From Heptranchias perlo (Eukaryota): a stretch of 64,000 bases of DNA. The translations under genes and the position numbers were made by a program. Below, piece by piece: positions 1-12,900 of the stretch. Under the pieces are notes generated by a model. It ran no database searches, was not told where the DNA came from, and saw only the letters and a list, made by a program, of their open reading frames with translations. How positions within the stretch are numbered: the stretch's first letter is position 1; each line of letters opens with the position of its first letter. The DNA is taken from the NCBI RefSeq assembly GCF_035084215.1, contig NC_090342.1:18910001-18974000 (forward strand), read 5' to 3'.

Positions 1-79
1 CCTGTAACCTGCCTACCATTTATTTCCATTCATTATATAACCAAATAAAATCTAGATCAAAGGACATCATAGTAATATA

Positions 80-712
80 GGGGGAGAAATTCAACTTACA
101 GATGCCCGCTTTGCACCAATAAAATGGGTATTGGGCCTCCAAATTTCACATCTGTCGCACCTGATCTGGATCGGAAATGCGCCGGACGCTATATTGCCTT
201 GGTTGACCTTTAGTCATCCACGGCAGCCCCTTGAAAATAAACTCTTAAATATGCAAATCGCGGTCGTATGCCGGTTGTAGAACCCCGAATACGAAATTCA
301 GGTACTAATGGGTGGAGCTTGCGCCGTGCAAGCTCTGCCTAGTTGTAGCATGTCTTCAGCGGCCTAACCAACGGTCCTTAAAGGGACCAAGTAAATTTCA
401 GTAATCTTCAGGAGAAACAGGAGTGATCGTCCTGGGCCCACAAAAGAACTCTGGCACTCTGACACATACGAGGTCCCCTCATCGGGATCGCCTCCCCGCC
501 AAGACCCGAGCTGCCGGCCGGCTACGCATGAGGACAGGCTGATATCCCAGACTGATTTCCTCAGTCCCTCCCCGACTGGTGGGCTGCAGTGGGGCATCTG
601 TTTGGCCATTAAATGAGGCCAAAAGTTGAATTTGGCTCAGGTGCAGGCCGGCACGAATTGGTCCATCCACCAACTTTGGGCCCCTTTTGGATGCAAGTTG
701 AATTTCTCCTCC
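80..712. mobile_element. Non-autonomous PIF/Harbinger-type MITE
   Basis: 18-bp terminal inverted repeats GGGGGAGAAATTCAACTT (80-97) / AAGTTGAATTTCTCCTCC (695-712, one mismatch), flanked by a 3-bp ATA duplication; GC-rich interior with no credible ORF. Confidence 0.8.
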
Positions 713-2424
713 ATAGTATCAGGATCTCAACTATGATACCTAGGTTTAAATCTGCACCTCCTCACCTGACATGATGATAGTGTGGATATAAGTCACTAAC
801 CTACAAGGAGCGGGGTTGTGGGGGGGGGAAATAGGGAAAAAAACAAATTTACAAAATTGATAGTTTTTCTTTAATAATTAAGCTGTTATTGTTTTGAATT
901 CTTATGCTTGCAGTATGCATATTTTACTATATGGGTGTTTTGATATTTTCGACGTCACAGTTCTCAGTTACTATACATGGACAACAACATCATAACCAGA
1001 ACTGCTTTTCTCTCTGTTCTCATAGGGGATAAGTGTAATTTTCAGATAAAATTAGACAGTAGCAGGGCCACACATATAGCCTGTCACACAAGGGAAGATA
1101 CCCCTCTTTCCATCTGGGGCAAAGATTCTGAAATGTGTTTTCTTGCTAAATTATATCAAGCCACATTTTAGTTCCCATAACTGTAGCTATATGAAGTAGT
1201 ATTTTTGACTGATCTGTCTCTCTGTGGATTTAATACTTGATCCCCACTTGAAAGATTTTCAAGATGGTGGCTAGTCATTTTAGGAGATGAAAAACAGCTT
1301 GTGGTATAATGGGGCGGGGGGGGGGAGCAGCAGAGGGTATTAAAGTTTCTTATATACTTGAAATACAGATGGGGGAAATGCTGTGAATGTGGTGTACATG
1401 GACTTTCGTGTACATGGGCTTTTGATGAAGTACCACACAGGAGACTATTGGGGAAGATTAAGGGTTATGGAATTAGGGAAATGATAGCAAACTAGATCAA
1501 AAATAAATAATACAAAGAAGAAATCAGACATTCTGAGAGAGGGTTAAAAGTTTGAAATTTGAAAAAGTTCAATAATGACAAATTAGGTCAGAACTTAATT
1601 TGTTTGAGATTAAAGGCAAGATGGTCAGATTGGACATCAGATTCTGAAAAAGAGGAGAATTGTGCTTTACAGAATTAACAGAGAAAATAAATGCAAATGA
1701 TTACAGGACTATAGCACAAGAATTAATGGATCATTTTAATTCTAGAGTGGGGGCTCACTTAAATAATTCATCAAATGGATGGTGATGTGCAACGTATTGC
1801 TCATATCATACAGTCACATTTAGATTGGGTCTTGTTTAAAGGGGAAGTTTAAACATTAAAAAATATAATTTTTTAATATTTAATTGCACTGAGCAGCACT
1901 TTTGAATTATATGTAAATGTGGCTCCTGATGCTCTCCAGCAAAAACAGTTAGTTTAAGTGTCATACTGAGAGGCCCGTGCCGATAGGTTAAAGGGGACGG
2001 TATGCATTTAAGGGGAAGCCAGATAAGCACGAGGGAGAAAGGAATAGAAGGATATACTAATAGGGAGGGAGGAGGCTCGTGTGGAGCATATAAGCCAATT
2101 GGCCTATTTCTGTGCTGTTGTTTCGATGTAACTCGATGTTTTAAGCAGGCTATACCAGAAACAGAGTCATTTTGCAACCTTCCACGCACCATTTAAATTT
2201 ATTGAACTATCCAAAAAAAAGGATATGATTAAATTAGCACCAATAAACAAAGGAACAAGCTCATTTGACAGCATCAAATGGTTATGACACCAGAAATTAT
2301 AGTCCAATACTATAAGTGTGGGTATTTTTCAGTTTCCGATCTTCACATTTTACAGTATATTTGCCAAAAGTTGTTCAGCTTTTATGTGAATGATCTTTCC
2401 CTGTCCTTTTTTAAATGTATTACA

Positions 2425-4445
2425 ACACTTGGAGTACCATGCACAGTTCTGGTCTCCATATTATAAAAAGCATATAGAGGCACCGGAGAAGGTGCAAAAA
2501 AGGCTTACAAGGATGATACCAGAACTGAGAGGTTATACCTATCAGGAAAGATTGAACAGGCTGGGGCTCTTTTCTCTAAATACAGAAACAAAGAAAATAA
2601 GAGCAGAAGTAGGCCATTTGGCCCTTCGAGCCTGCTCCGCCATTCAATATGATTATGGCTGATCTTTATCTCAATACCATATTCCCACTCTTTTCCCAAA
2701 CCCCTTGGTACCTTTTGTGTCTAGAAATCTATCTAGCTCCTTCTTAAATATATTCAGTGACTTGGCCTCCACAGCCTTATGTGGTGAAGAAATTGCTCCT
2801 CATCTCATTCCTAAATGTCCTACCCCGTATCCTGAGACTGTGACCCCTCATTCTGGACCCCCCAGCCAGGGGAAACATCCTCCCTGTATCCAGTCTGTCT
2901 AGCCCTGTCAGAATTTTATATGTTTCAATGAGATCCCCTCTCATTCTTCTAAACTTGAGTGAATAGGGGCCTAGTCAACCAATCTCTCCTCTTACGACAG
3001 TCCTGCCGTCCCAGGAATCAGTCTGGTGAACCTTCGCTGCACTCCATGTATGGCAAGTATATCCTTTCTTAGGAAAGGAGACCAAAACTGCACACAATAA
3101 TCCAGGTGTGGTCTCACCAAGGCCCTGTATAACTGCAGTAAGACATCCTTGCTCCTGTACTCAAATCCTCTTGCAACGAAGGCCAACATACCATTTGCCT
3201 TCCTAACTGCTTGCTGCACCTGCATGTTTGCTTTCAGTGACTGGTGTACAAGGACGCCCAGGTCCCTTTGTATATCAATATTTCCCAATCCATCACCATT
3301 TAAATAACACTCTGCCTTTCTGTTTTTCCTTCCGAAGTGGATAACTTCACATTTATCCACGTTATACTGCATCTGCCATGTATTTGCCCACTCACTCAAC
3401 TTGTCTAAATCGCCTTGAAGCCTCTTTGCATCGTCCTCACAACTCACGATCCCACCTAGTTTTGTTTCATCAGCAAACTTGGAAATATTACATTTGGTTC
3501 CCTCATCCAAATCAATGATATATATTGTGAATAGCTGGGGCCCAACACTGATCCCTGCGGTACCCCACTAGTCACCTCCTGCCACCCCAAAAAAGACCCA
3601 TTTATTCCTACTCTCTGTTTCCTGTCTGCTAACCAATTTTTAATCCATGCCAATATATTACCGCCAATCCCATGTGCTTTAATTTTGCACACTAACCTCT
3701 TATGTGGGACTTCATCAAAGGCCTTCTGAAAATCCAAATAAACCACAAATCACTGGTTCTCCCTTATCTATTCTACCAGTTACATCCTCAAAAAACTCCA
3801 GTAGGTTTGTCAAACACAATTTCCCTTTCATAAATCCATGTTGACTTTGTCTAATCCCATTGATATTTTCCAAGTGTCCTGTTATCACATCCTTTATAAT
3901 AGACTCTAGCATTTTCCCTACTGCTGATGTTAAGCTAACCAGTCTGTAGTTCCCTGTTTTCTCTCTCCTTCCTTTTTTAAATAGTGGGGTTACATTTGTC
4001 ACCCTCCAATCTGCAGGAACTGTTTCATAATCTATAGATTCTAGAAAAGAGAAGGCTGAGGGGTGACCTAATAAAAGTCTTTAAGATTATGAAAGGGTTT
4101 GATAGGGTAGACGTAGAGAAGATGTTTCCATTTGTGGAGGAGACCAAAACTAGGGGCCATAAATATAAGAAAGTCACTAATAAATCTAATAGGGAATTCA
4201 GGAGAAACTTCTTTACCCAGAGAACAATTACAATGTGCAAACTACAACAAGGAGTAGTTGAGGCGAATAGCATAGATTCAATTAAGGGGAAGCTCAATAA
4301 ACACGTGAGGGAGAAAGGAATAGAAGGTTAAGCAGATAGGGTTATGTGAAGGGGGGGGGGCAGTGGGAGGAGGCTGATGTGGAGCCTAATGCCTGGCATA
4401 GACCGAATGGCTTGTTTCTGTGCTGTACATTCTATGTAATTCCAT
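2425..4445 (+). mobile_element. 5'-truncated CR1 LINE (pieces 2425-2580 and 4040-4445) split by a nested antisense CR1
   Basis: HLEYHAQFWSPYYKK...RLNRLGLFSL resumes after 4040 as EKRRLRGDLIKVFKIMKG and ends in a TTCTATG-type tail. Confidence 0.8.
2581..4025 (-). mobile_element. Nested, decayed CR1 LINE (RT and 3' end)
   Basis: Frameshifted ORFs 3715-4002, 3456-3746 and 2992-3510 carry GNYR.VSLTS, YLDFQKAFD, GVPQGSVLGP and KFADE motifs. Confidence 0.9.
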
Positions 4446-4496
4446 GTAATATGTGCTGTAGTCCACATTCCATTAAAAAAACACTCAATACAGAAC

Positions 4497-4664
4497 CTAT
4501 GATTTCCACACCTTTTTGTTTGTCTCCCCACACCTCCTGCAGCAGGTCATCCAGCAGTGTGCACACTCCAAGGTTTGGCAGAGAATGATCTTGAGTGACT
4601 CTCATGTAGGCAGCCACATCTCGAAGTTTTTGGGACTGGTCCCATACGGAGACACCTATTCCTT
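4497..4664 (-). CDS. METTL25: METTL25 coding exon 2
   Basis: Acceptor ttttctttattcatgaccag, phase 1 matching exon 1. Encodes EGIGVSVWDQSQKLRDVAAYMRVTQDHSLPNLGVCTLLDDLLQEVWGDKQKGVEII, resembling the recalled METTL25 SQKL...S..NLG.CT segment. The donor (gttctg) is weak, so the 3' boundary is uncertain. Confidence 0.8.
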
Positions 4665-6101
4665 CTGGTCATGAATAAAGAAAATGTTTAAGTAATATCT
4701 AAATCTGACCTCTAATTACTGGTGCTTACCATTATGGCCTAGAACAGAAAAAGTAAAATCTTAAAAAAAAGTTTCTTAATTCTTTGAGCACACAGAATCC
4801 ATAATGGCTTTCAAAGTACCAAATACACATTTCTGCTACACAGGAGTCTGAAAAAAAATCTTTACGTACCTAATGGAGATTATAAAGTACAGGTCACTAA
4901 AAAACTTTAGAGGCAATTTCAAAGGCACTAAGAGTGGTTTTAGTGCTCAGCGTGAAATACCCTATAATATTATTAAAACAAACATTTGACGAAATTGACA
5001 ATATTTTGGATTAACCAATTTCAGTGAATACTTGCTTCTTATAACTCATTAGTGCATGTGAGAGGGGGACATGAAGCTAACTGACACTAACGGGCAGGAA
5101 GTTTCTCAGGAAGTCTGCAAATTATTCCCAATCAAAGCATAAATGGATGATGAAAGGAAGGAAGGAAGGAGGTGGATTTTGCCCCAAAATGGTAAAATGT
5201 GGGGACTTTTTTTAAAAATGTATTCATTAGGATACAGTCTCACTAAAGAATAACTCAACAAAATGTAAATTTTAAAAAATAAATCATAATGCGGTCTGTA
5301 CTTCTTCAAATCAATTTTTAAAAGCATTTATTTGTTTTTAAGTGGATATTTTAAGTCCATCATGGTGAAAGAGTCATGAGCTGATTGGTGAAACAATTTT
5401 TTTATATCCAGTGTCAGTAGCAAGACTCATCCACATATATTTTCACTGCCCAAACAATATACCTATAACTGAACAACAGGGATCAGAAGAGCATCCCTTA
5501 CTTTGGCTTGGAATTTGCTAGAAATCTTCGGCGTAACTACAGCATAAAAGCGTCATTTTTCCCAAAAAAATGTATATATAACTGATTTACACTAGTTTTA
5601 TGCTGAAACATCGCTAAGTGCGAATTTCCACAATCCAAGATACATCCGACGAAACCGCCTGCCACTCATTTACGTAGCTCCATGCAAAAGATTAGCTCAT
5701 GCGAGTTTCCTAGAGTTATGCAAATAATGCGCTGACGTAGATTTAAGACCAAAAATTTAAGCACAGCTCAGCCTGACGTCACCTGATATCAGTGTAACTT
5801 AGATTTCTGAAGTTGCATGGGTGATTTTCTTGGCAATTTAAAACATTTTTTTATTGAGACCTGCACTATACTTAACCAAACTGCTGACATTCTTAGTGCA
5901 CCCGACATTTTTCAGACCCCTTCCACTCCCAACTCCACTCCCCGTTCAGGAGGACTAAGCAGCTTTTAAGAATGGACAGGTCAAGGAAGATTCGAGCAAG
6001 AGCCCATGAAGATATCTTGTACACTTAATTTTAATGATGCTGCCTGGCAATGAAACAGTTAAAACTAAAATGCTGCAATAACCTGTGCTTAGCATAGCTG
6101 C

Positions 6102-6623
6102 TGTAGTCCTATGTAATGTCTTTAAAAGAACTTAGTAAGAATGCTTTGTTAAGATAAGCTGCTCATGGTGGACCAGCCTTCTCTTAGTCACTTTGGCTCT
6201 GGACAATACCAGTCTCTTAAAGAATTTAGTCTGTTGAGATAAGCCACTCATGGCGGATCGACTTTGTCCCCCCTCCAGTCTAAACTCATCAAGCTGACAA
6301 TAGCCAATCAACCTTATCTTCCCTGACCTTGTTATGTTGGAAAAACATCACATTTCAAGGCTCCAGGTGCAAGTGTCAGGGTCACCGATTACAAGACCAG
6401 TATAAGTACAGTTGATTGTAAGAGGTCAGTAGTAGAGGTAAAGCTACAGAGGAGAAGAAAATATTGGTTGGGTTATGGCGCTACTCAAGAAGGGAACGGG
6501 GTAATATCTTTCTGTTCTTATAACTATTGTCCGACCATTGTATTTGTCTTAATTTGTGCTTGGTTTGATCACCTCAATAAAGAAACTCATCACCACCCAT
6601 GTGTTAGAGTTGGATTTATTACA
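6102..6623 (+). mobile_element. Probable solo LTR
   Basis: TGTA...TACA ends, an internal ~50-bp direct repeat (aagaa.ttagt...gataagc..ctcatgg.gga) resembling a U3 enhancer duplication, TATAA at ~6401, AATAAA at ~6576; the TSD is imperfect (agctg offset by one base). Confidence 0.5.
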
Positions 6624-6665
6624 AGCTGGAATGGCCTTCCCAATGGACGTACCTCTCTTCTATAT

Positions 6666-6881
6666 ATGATGTGGAGATGCCGGTGATGGACTGGGGTTGA
6701 CAATTGTAAACAATTTTACAACACCAAGTTATAGTCCAGCAATTTTATTTTAAATTCACAAGCTTTCGGAGATTTTCTCCTTCCTCAGGTAAATGTTTCA
6801 AGATCTCCTTGAAGCCTACGCATTTATACATATTGAATAATACATGGTGTTTACAGACTGCCTCTGCAACTGCCCGTTGCC
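6666..6881 (-). mobile_element. Penelope-like element terminal (pLTR) fragment
   Basis: Homologous to the 3' end of the GIY-YIG element at 22860-23078 (shared ...ccccagtccatcaccggcatctccacatcat terminus). Confidence 0.8.
6754..6794 (-). ncRNA. Minimal type I hammerhead ribozyme motif
   Basis: Minus strand reads auuuac CUGAGGA a ggag-aaaau-cucc GAAA gcuu gugaau: conserved core, 4-bp stem II, 6-bp stem I, palindromic AAGCUU in place of stem III. Confidence 0.7.
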
Positions 6882-7524
6882 TATATAGTAATATAATATA
6901 TAGTATATATAGTAATAGAAAAGGAATATAGTAATAGAAAAGGAAGAAGAGCAGCAGAAGGAGGAGGCTTTAAGAATGAGTTGCCATGGCAGAAGAGACT
7001 GACAGAGTAGTCATTACACAGCAAAACAACCAAACCTGAAGCTACATCTGGTAGGGATATTAACCTCAAAGGTAATTCTGAATAATTCACACTTTAACAA
7101 TGTTAACAATGGCTTTTTAACACAAGTTTTGGATGCTGCCTAAAATGACACCATGGCGCAAATTAACCTTTGTTACTCGACATAGCAATGGAACCACTGC
7201 CTTTTTCAGTTGCATTTAGAAATGAGAACCTAAACCAGAAATAGGTTCCTCTCCAGTAGGCCTGGTGATAAAATGTCAGTGATCACAACTGTGAGTTCAA
7301 ACCCAGATTTAACTGAGTTTTGGTGGTTCTTGCCAGACCAGCAAATGATGCGGTGTTGCTACTGTGAAGGATCAGAATCCTCTATTTCACATTCCACACA
7401 CACAAATTTCCTGAATTTACAAAAAGGTCCACTAAACAGCAATGGAGACACAAACTACAGTCTTTATTTTACACATTCCCACGAGGGGGAAAGGAAGGGC
7501 ATCCAAAGTTAGAGTTCCCTGGAT

Positions 7525-9495
7525 GAATAAAGATATAGAGATTAAAATGAAACAAAAAAAAGGAGACTTATGACAAATGTAAGGGTAATAATACAGTAGA
7601 GAACCAAGCTAAATACAGAAATTACAGAGGAGATCTAAAAAAGGGAATAAGAGGGGCAAAGAGAGAGAATGAGAATAGATTAGCAGTTAACGCAAAAGGG
7701 AATCCAAAAGTCTTTTATGAACATAAAAATAGTAAAAAGGCAGTCAAAGGAAGCCCAATTAGGGACCAAAGAGGAGATCTTCTTGTGGAGGCAGAAGGTA
7801 TGGCTGAGGTACTTTGCATCAGTCTTCACTAGAGAAGAGGACGCTGCCAATGTAGCAGTAAATGAGGAGGTAGTAGTGATACTGGACAGGATAAAAATAG
7901 AGGAGGTACTTAAAAGGTTGGCAATACTCAAAGTGGAATAGTCACCCGGTCCGGATGGGATGCATCCTAAATTACTGAGGAAAGTAAGGGTGGAAATTGC
8001 GGAGGTGCTGGCCACAATCTTCCAATCCTCCTTAGATATAGGGGCGGTGCCAGAGGACTGAAGAATTGCAAATGTTACACCCCTGTTCAAAAAATGGGAG
8101 AAGGATAAACCTGGCAGGTACAGGCCAGTCAGCCTAATGTCAGTGGTGGGGGAACTTTTAGAGACAATAATCTGGGACAAAATTAATTGGCACTTGGAAA
8201 AGTATGGGCTAATAAATGAAAGTCAGCACAGATTTGTTAAAGGCAAATTGTGTTTTACTAACTTGTTTGAATTCTTTGATGAAGTAACGGAGAGGGTTGA
8301 TGAGGATAGTGCAGTTGATGTTGATGGACTTTCTAAAGGTGTTTGGTGAAGTACCACATGATAGAATTGTTAGCAAAATTGAAGCCCATAGGATTAAAGG
8401 GACAGTGGCAGCGTGGATATGAAATTGGCTAAGGGACAGAAAACAGAGAGTAGTGATGAACGGATGTTTTTCAGACTGGAGGGAAGTTTACAGTGGTGTT
8501 CCCCTGGGGTCGATATTAGGACCACTGCTCTTTTTGATATATATTAATGACCTGGACTTGGGTATACTTGGAATAATTTTAAACTTTGCAGATGACACGA
8601 AACTCGGAAATGTAAACAATGAGGAGGATAGTAACAGACATCAGGAGGGCATAGACAGACTGGTGAAATGGACAGACACATGGCAGATGAAATTTAACGC
8701 AGAAAAGTGTGAAGTGATACATTTTTCGTAGGAAGAATGAGGAGAGGCAATATAAACTAAATAGTACAATTTTAAAGGGGGTGCAGGAACAGAGAGACCT
8801 GGGGGTAAATGTACACAAATCTTTGAAGATGGCAAGACAAGTTGAGAAGGTTGTTAAAAAAGCACATGGGTTCCTTGGCTTTATTAATAGAGGTTTAGAG
8901 TACAAAAGCAAGGAAGTTATGCTAAAGCTTTTAAAAACACTGGTTAGGCCTCAGCTGGGGCATTGTGTTCAATTCTGGGCACCACACTTTAGGAAGATGT
9001 CAAGGCCTTAGAGAGGGTGCAGAAGAGATTTACTAAAATGGTACCAGGGATAATTATGTGGAGTGACTGGAGAATCTGGGGTTGCTCTCCTTAGAGCAGA
9101 GAGGGTTAAGAGGAGATTTGATAGGGGTGTTCAAAATCATGAATGATTTTGATAGAGTAAAATAAGGAGAAACTGTTTCCAGTGGCAGAAGGGTTGGTAA
9201 CCAGAGGACACAAATTTAAGATGATTGGCAGAAGAACCAGAGGCGACATGAGGGGGAAACAAATTTATACAGAGAGTTGTTATGATCTGGAATGCACTAC
9301 CTGAAAGGCTGGTGGAAGCAGATTCAATAGTAACTTTCAAAAGGGAATTGGATAAATACTTGAAGGGGAAAAAATTTACAGGGCTATAGGGAAAGAGCAG
9401 GAGAGTGGGACTAATTTGATAGCTCTTACAAAGAGCTGGCACAGACATGATGGGCCAAATGGCCTGCTTCTGTGCTGTATCATTCTATGATTCTG
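7525..9495 (+). mobile_element. Decayed 5'-truncated CR1 LINE
   Basis: Frameshifted RT fragments (SGVPLGSILGPLLFLIYINDLD, NFADDTKLG, CVQFWAPH) and a CATTCTATGATTCTGT tail. Confidence 0.9.
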
Positions 9496-10472
9496 TATCA
9501 ACAGTTGTAACACAAATGAGCAACAATTGGTGGCACTGCATTTGCGCTTGGTTTACCGTCCGGTGCAGACAGTTGAACTCCTCAGGAAGTTTTGGCGTAA
9601 GTTCCCATCAGCAAGATAGCGAAATTTTGGCGCAATTTCTGCGTAAATGCAATCCAGGACCTATACCAGTAACTGAACAGCAGGAGTCAGAAGAGCAGCC
9701 ACACTGCACCTTTATGGCATCTCTATTTCCAGGCAGGCATCCTTGTAGCTTCTCTGAGTGAGACAGGTAACTGATATTGTAGATTTTCCCATTGGCCGCT
9801 GGTAACCTTTTTAAACAGGTGAGACACAGCTATGTATGCCTAACTAAGCCCAGCGTGTTACTATCGCAATGGGCCCTTCACGCACGTGCAATGTGTTTTA
9901 TATTCTTGTCCTTAGCTACCTTTCAAGAAAACAAGGTCAACGAAAAGAGCAAGAGGGGAATCAGTAAACAGATGGGAGGAGAAAAAGCCAATAACCACTT
10001 TGAGAAGCCGATTCCTTTCCTTGAACTCGTTTTTCTCAGTATGCACATCGTAAACTTCCATCTCTCCCCCTAATCTCACAGCCCAGACCTCTCTCTGGCT
10101 CTGGCCCCATTATTCCAGCTCTGAGCCAACCTGCCGCTCACCTGGCAGCCCTTCTTGTGGAATCCCACCACCACCATGTGGAGCACGGCCCTGCCACTTG
10201 GCTCCATCCTGCTCACCCAGAGCTCGAGCTACTGCCGACAGCGACAATGACTCCCCACTCGTGTGTGTACAGGCACAAAATTCTAGGTGAGGTAGTGCCT
10301 CATTCACCTCATCCGCTGAGCTGCCTCTGGATTTTCACCAACCAGGAACTGCACTGAGACTGTTCAAACTCCCTGTCATGCAACACTCTTAAAACTGTGA
10401 CAATGTTGAAACTCTCATGCAATCATCCTGGCTCAATTTGACCCCATACGGCAATGGTGGAAAATAGCGGTC

Positions 10473-10929
10473 AGCCTTATCTCAGTGGTAGCAATCTTGC
10501 CTGAGTCAGAAGGTTGTGGGTTCAATCCCCACTTCAAAGACTTAAGCACATAATCTAGGCTGACCTATCAGTGCAGTAGTGAGGGAGCTCTGCACTGTTG
10601 GAGGTGCCATCTTTTGAATGGGACATTAAACCGAGGCCCCGTCTGCTCTCTCAGGTGGAAGTAAAAGATCCCATGGCACTATTTGAAGTAGAACAGGGGA
10701 GTTCTCCCCGGTGTCCTGGCCAAAATTTATCCCTCAACCAACACTCTATAAAAAGACGATCTGGTCATTTATTTCATTCCTGTTTGTTCGACCTTGCTGT
10801 GCGCAAATTGGCTGCTGCGCTACCTACATTATAACAGTGACTACACTTCAAAAAGTACTTCCATGGCTGTAAAGCGCTTTGGGGCACCCTGAGGTCGTGG
10901 AAGCCGTTCTAGAAATGCAAGTTCTTTCA
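10473..10929 (+). mobile_element. tRNA-derived Deu-domain SINE (SacSINE1-like)
   Basis: tRNA-like head (A box ctcagtggta, B box ggttcaatcc), central taaaccgaggcccc...aaagatcccatggcacta domain and L2-like tail gtaaagcgctttggg...aaatgcaag; further copies at 20862-21540, 23344-23797 and 41235-41535. Confidence 0.75.
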
Positions 10930-11125
10930 TCATCTGGTATCCCAAAACTAGGGGCAATATTGAACAAAAAGACGTGGACCTGTCTAGATTTTCATCAGTG
11001 GAATGATAAAATCCAGATGTATGCTCAGCCTCTCGTGGAGATTGGGGAGGGGGTTGTACAGATTATTAACATTACTGCCAGTGCTGCTCATTTTACTGAT
11101 TGTCACTTGATCCAACCCTTCTTAC

Positions 11126-11327
11126 CCGTTGTGCTTCCACCCTGCTGACAGCGGAGTCGTGAGATCACGGTTTCAGGTGGCACGGCCACAAACTCATTCC
11201 AAACGTCTTTGGTATAAAAATCAACTGTGTGCACGTTTGCTATTCTGAGGTAAATGTCCAGGAACTCGGTGAGACATTTGATTTTGCTCTTCACCAGGTC
11301 TAAACCCACGTCACTGGCGAGCAGCAT
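11126..11327 (-). CDS. METTL25: METTL25 (probable methyltransferase-like 25) coding exon 1
   Basis: MLLASDVGLDLVKSKIKCLTEFLDIYLRIANVHTVDFYTKDVWNEFVAVPPETVI matches the recalled METTL25 N-terminus (I.N.HTVDFYT..VW.E.V..PPETV); donor cgg|gtaaga, phase 1; head-to-head with CCDC59 as in human. Confidence 0.9.
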
Positions 11328-11641
11328 TTTGTGAATGGGCTCGCGCTCCCGATGGAAAATAACCCGAAAGGAGACATTTACGGGGGCAGTGGCTCCAAAG
11401 GCCCAAGGCCGGGGAGGGTGGGCGATGTTGTCATTGAATCGGTAAGAATAGTCACAGAATCTTCCACTGATATATAATTTTAAAAACCCGACACAGCGAA
11501 ACGGGCAGCTTTAGATCGTGAACAGCGGCCACGTGCACATTGTCCAAACCGCGGAAGACGGCGGCCCGGTTTGACCTCCCCCGCCTGCCGTCGCCATGTT
11601 GTGATCAGTCGCACGTTGATGACCTCACCGGCCGAAGGAAA
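11328..11641. promoter_or_regulatory. Bidirectional CpG-island promoter shared by METTL25 and CCDC59
   Basis: 314 bp between divergent start codons; CpG-dense; GC box ccccgcc (~11578); YY1-like gccatgtt (~11593) and aaaatggcg (overlapping the CCDC59 ATG). Confidence 0.75.
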
Positions 11642-11798
11642 ATGGCGCCGAGCAACAGGTGGCGGGAGAGCGGCAGCGTTTCCTCTAAGGGGAAGCGTTC
11701 GAAGGGCCCGGCTCCTGGAAACGGTGCACGGATTTCAAAACAAAAGCACCAGTGGAAGGCCGATCATTTTAAGAAGGGCTGGGGCAGTGTTAAAGAAG
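11642..11798 (+). CDS. CCDC59: CCDC59 (TAP26) coding exon 1
   Basis: MAPSNRWRESG...KHQWKADHFKKGWGSVKE; donor aag|gtgagg, phase 1; joins exon 2 to give the conserved GSV.EGQGFAF motif. Confidence 0.9.
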
Positions 11799-11984
11799 GT
11801 GAGGACTAGACTTGTGCTTAACGGCTCGTTTTGCTGCAGCCCTGGGCTGAGTGATTAGAAACATAGGAATTTGCTGGATGTGAAAAAAAGACCGAAGTCC
11901 ATCCAGTTCGCCTCCTACCAGCCTGGTAATCGCAGGGTAAAACGATAATGGAGTTGTTGAGTAATCAATCTCTATCAATTAGCG

Positions 11985-12900
11985 TACAGGTTAACGATTT
12001 GGACTTGGGATTTGGAAGTACAATTTCAAAATTTTGTGGACAGCACCAAATTGGGGGTGTAGTTAATACAAAGGAGAAGTGTGTCAAAATGCAAGAGGAC
12101 GTTAATAAACTTGCAGAATGGGTGTGTAATTGGCAAATGAATTTCAATATAGATAAGTGTGAGGTAGTGTAATTTGGTAGGAAGAGTAAAGAAGCCACAT
12201 ACTGCTTGGATAATAATTGTTTATGGGTACAGATACACAAATCACTAAAAATAGCGACACGGGTTATTAAGGCCATAGAAAAGGCAAACCAAGTACTGGA
12301 ATTCATTTTTAGAGGGATAGAATTGAAAAGCGGAGAAATTATGTTAACCTTGGTTAGACCACACTTGGAGTACTGTGAACAGTTCAGGTCTCCATATTAT
12401 AAAAAGGATATAGAGGCATTGGCGAAGGTGCAAAAAAGAGGATGATACCTTAATTGAGAGGATATACTTATCAATAAAGGCTGAAGAGGCTGTGGCTCCA
12501 GAAAAAAAGGCTGAAGGGTGACCTGATAGAGGTCTTTAAGATAATGATAGGGTAGTAGTCGAGAAAATGTTTCCACTTGTGGGGGAGTCCAGAACTAGAG
12601 GTCATAAATATAAGATAGTCACTAATAAATCCCATAGGGAATTTAGGAGAAACTTCTTTACCCAAAGAGTGGTAAGAATATGGAACGTGGTACCACAAGG
12701 AGTAGTTGAGACAATGAGCATAGATGCATTTAAAGGAAAGCGAGATAAGCACACAAGTGAGAAAGGAATAGAAGGGTATGCTGATGGGGTTAGATGAAGT
12801 AGGGAGGCAGGAGGCTCGTGTGGAGCAAAAACACCGGCATAGACCAGTTAGGCCGAATGGCCTGTTTCTTTGCAGGAGACTTGACATAACTCGATGTACA
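11985..12900 (+). mobile_element. Decayed CR1 3' fragment in CCDC59 intron 1
   Basis: WQMNFNIDKCEV, LVRPHLEYC and RRNFFTQRVV fragments. Confidence 0.85.

Noticed and set aside
1-4400. METTL25 exon 3
   Set aside because: No segment resembling the expected MxxKKxHEV motif was found on the minus strand; it probably lies left of the window
7680-8180. Antisense ORFs over CR1 copies (also 8579-8911, 12471-12887, 61000-61335)
   Set aside because: Shadow frames opposite LINE ORF2 sequence, not independent genes
10473-10545. tRNA gene
   Set aside because: A/B boxes are present but continue into a SINE body; no complete cloverleaf
11540-11641. N-terminal extension of CCDC59 from the TTG-started ORF
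   Set aside because: Similarity and a good Kozak context begin at ATG 11642; the upstream part is promoter/5' UTR
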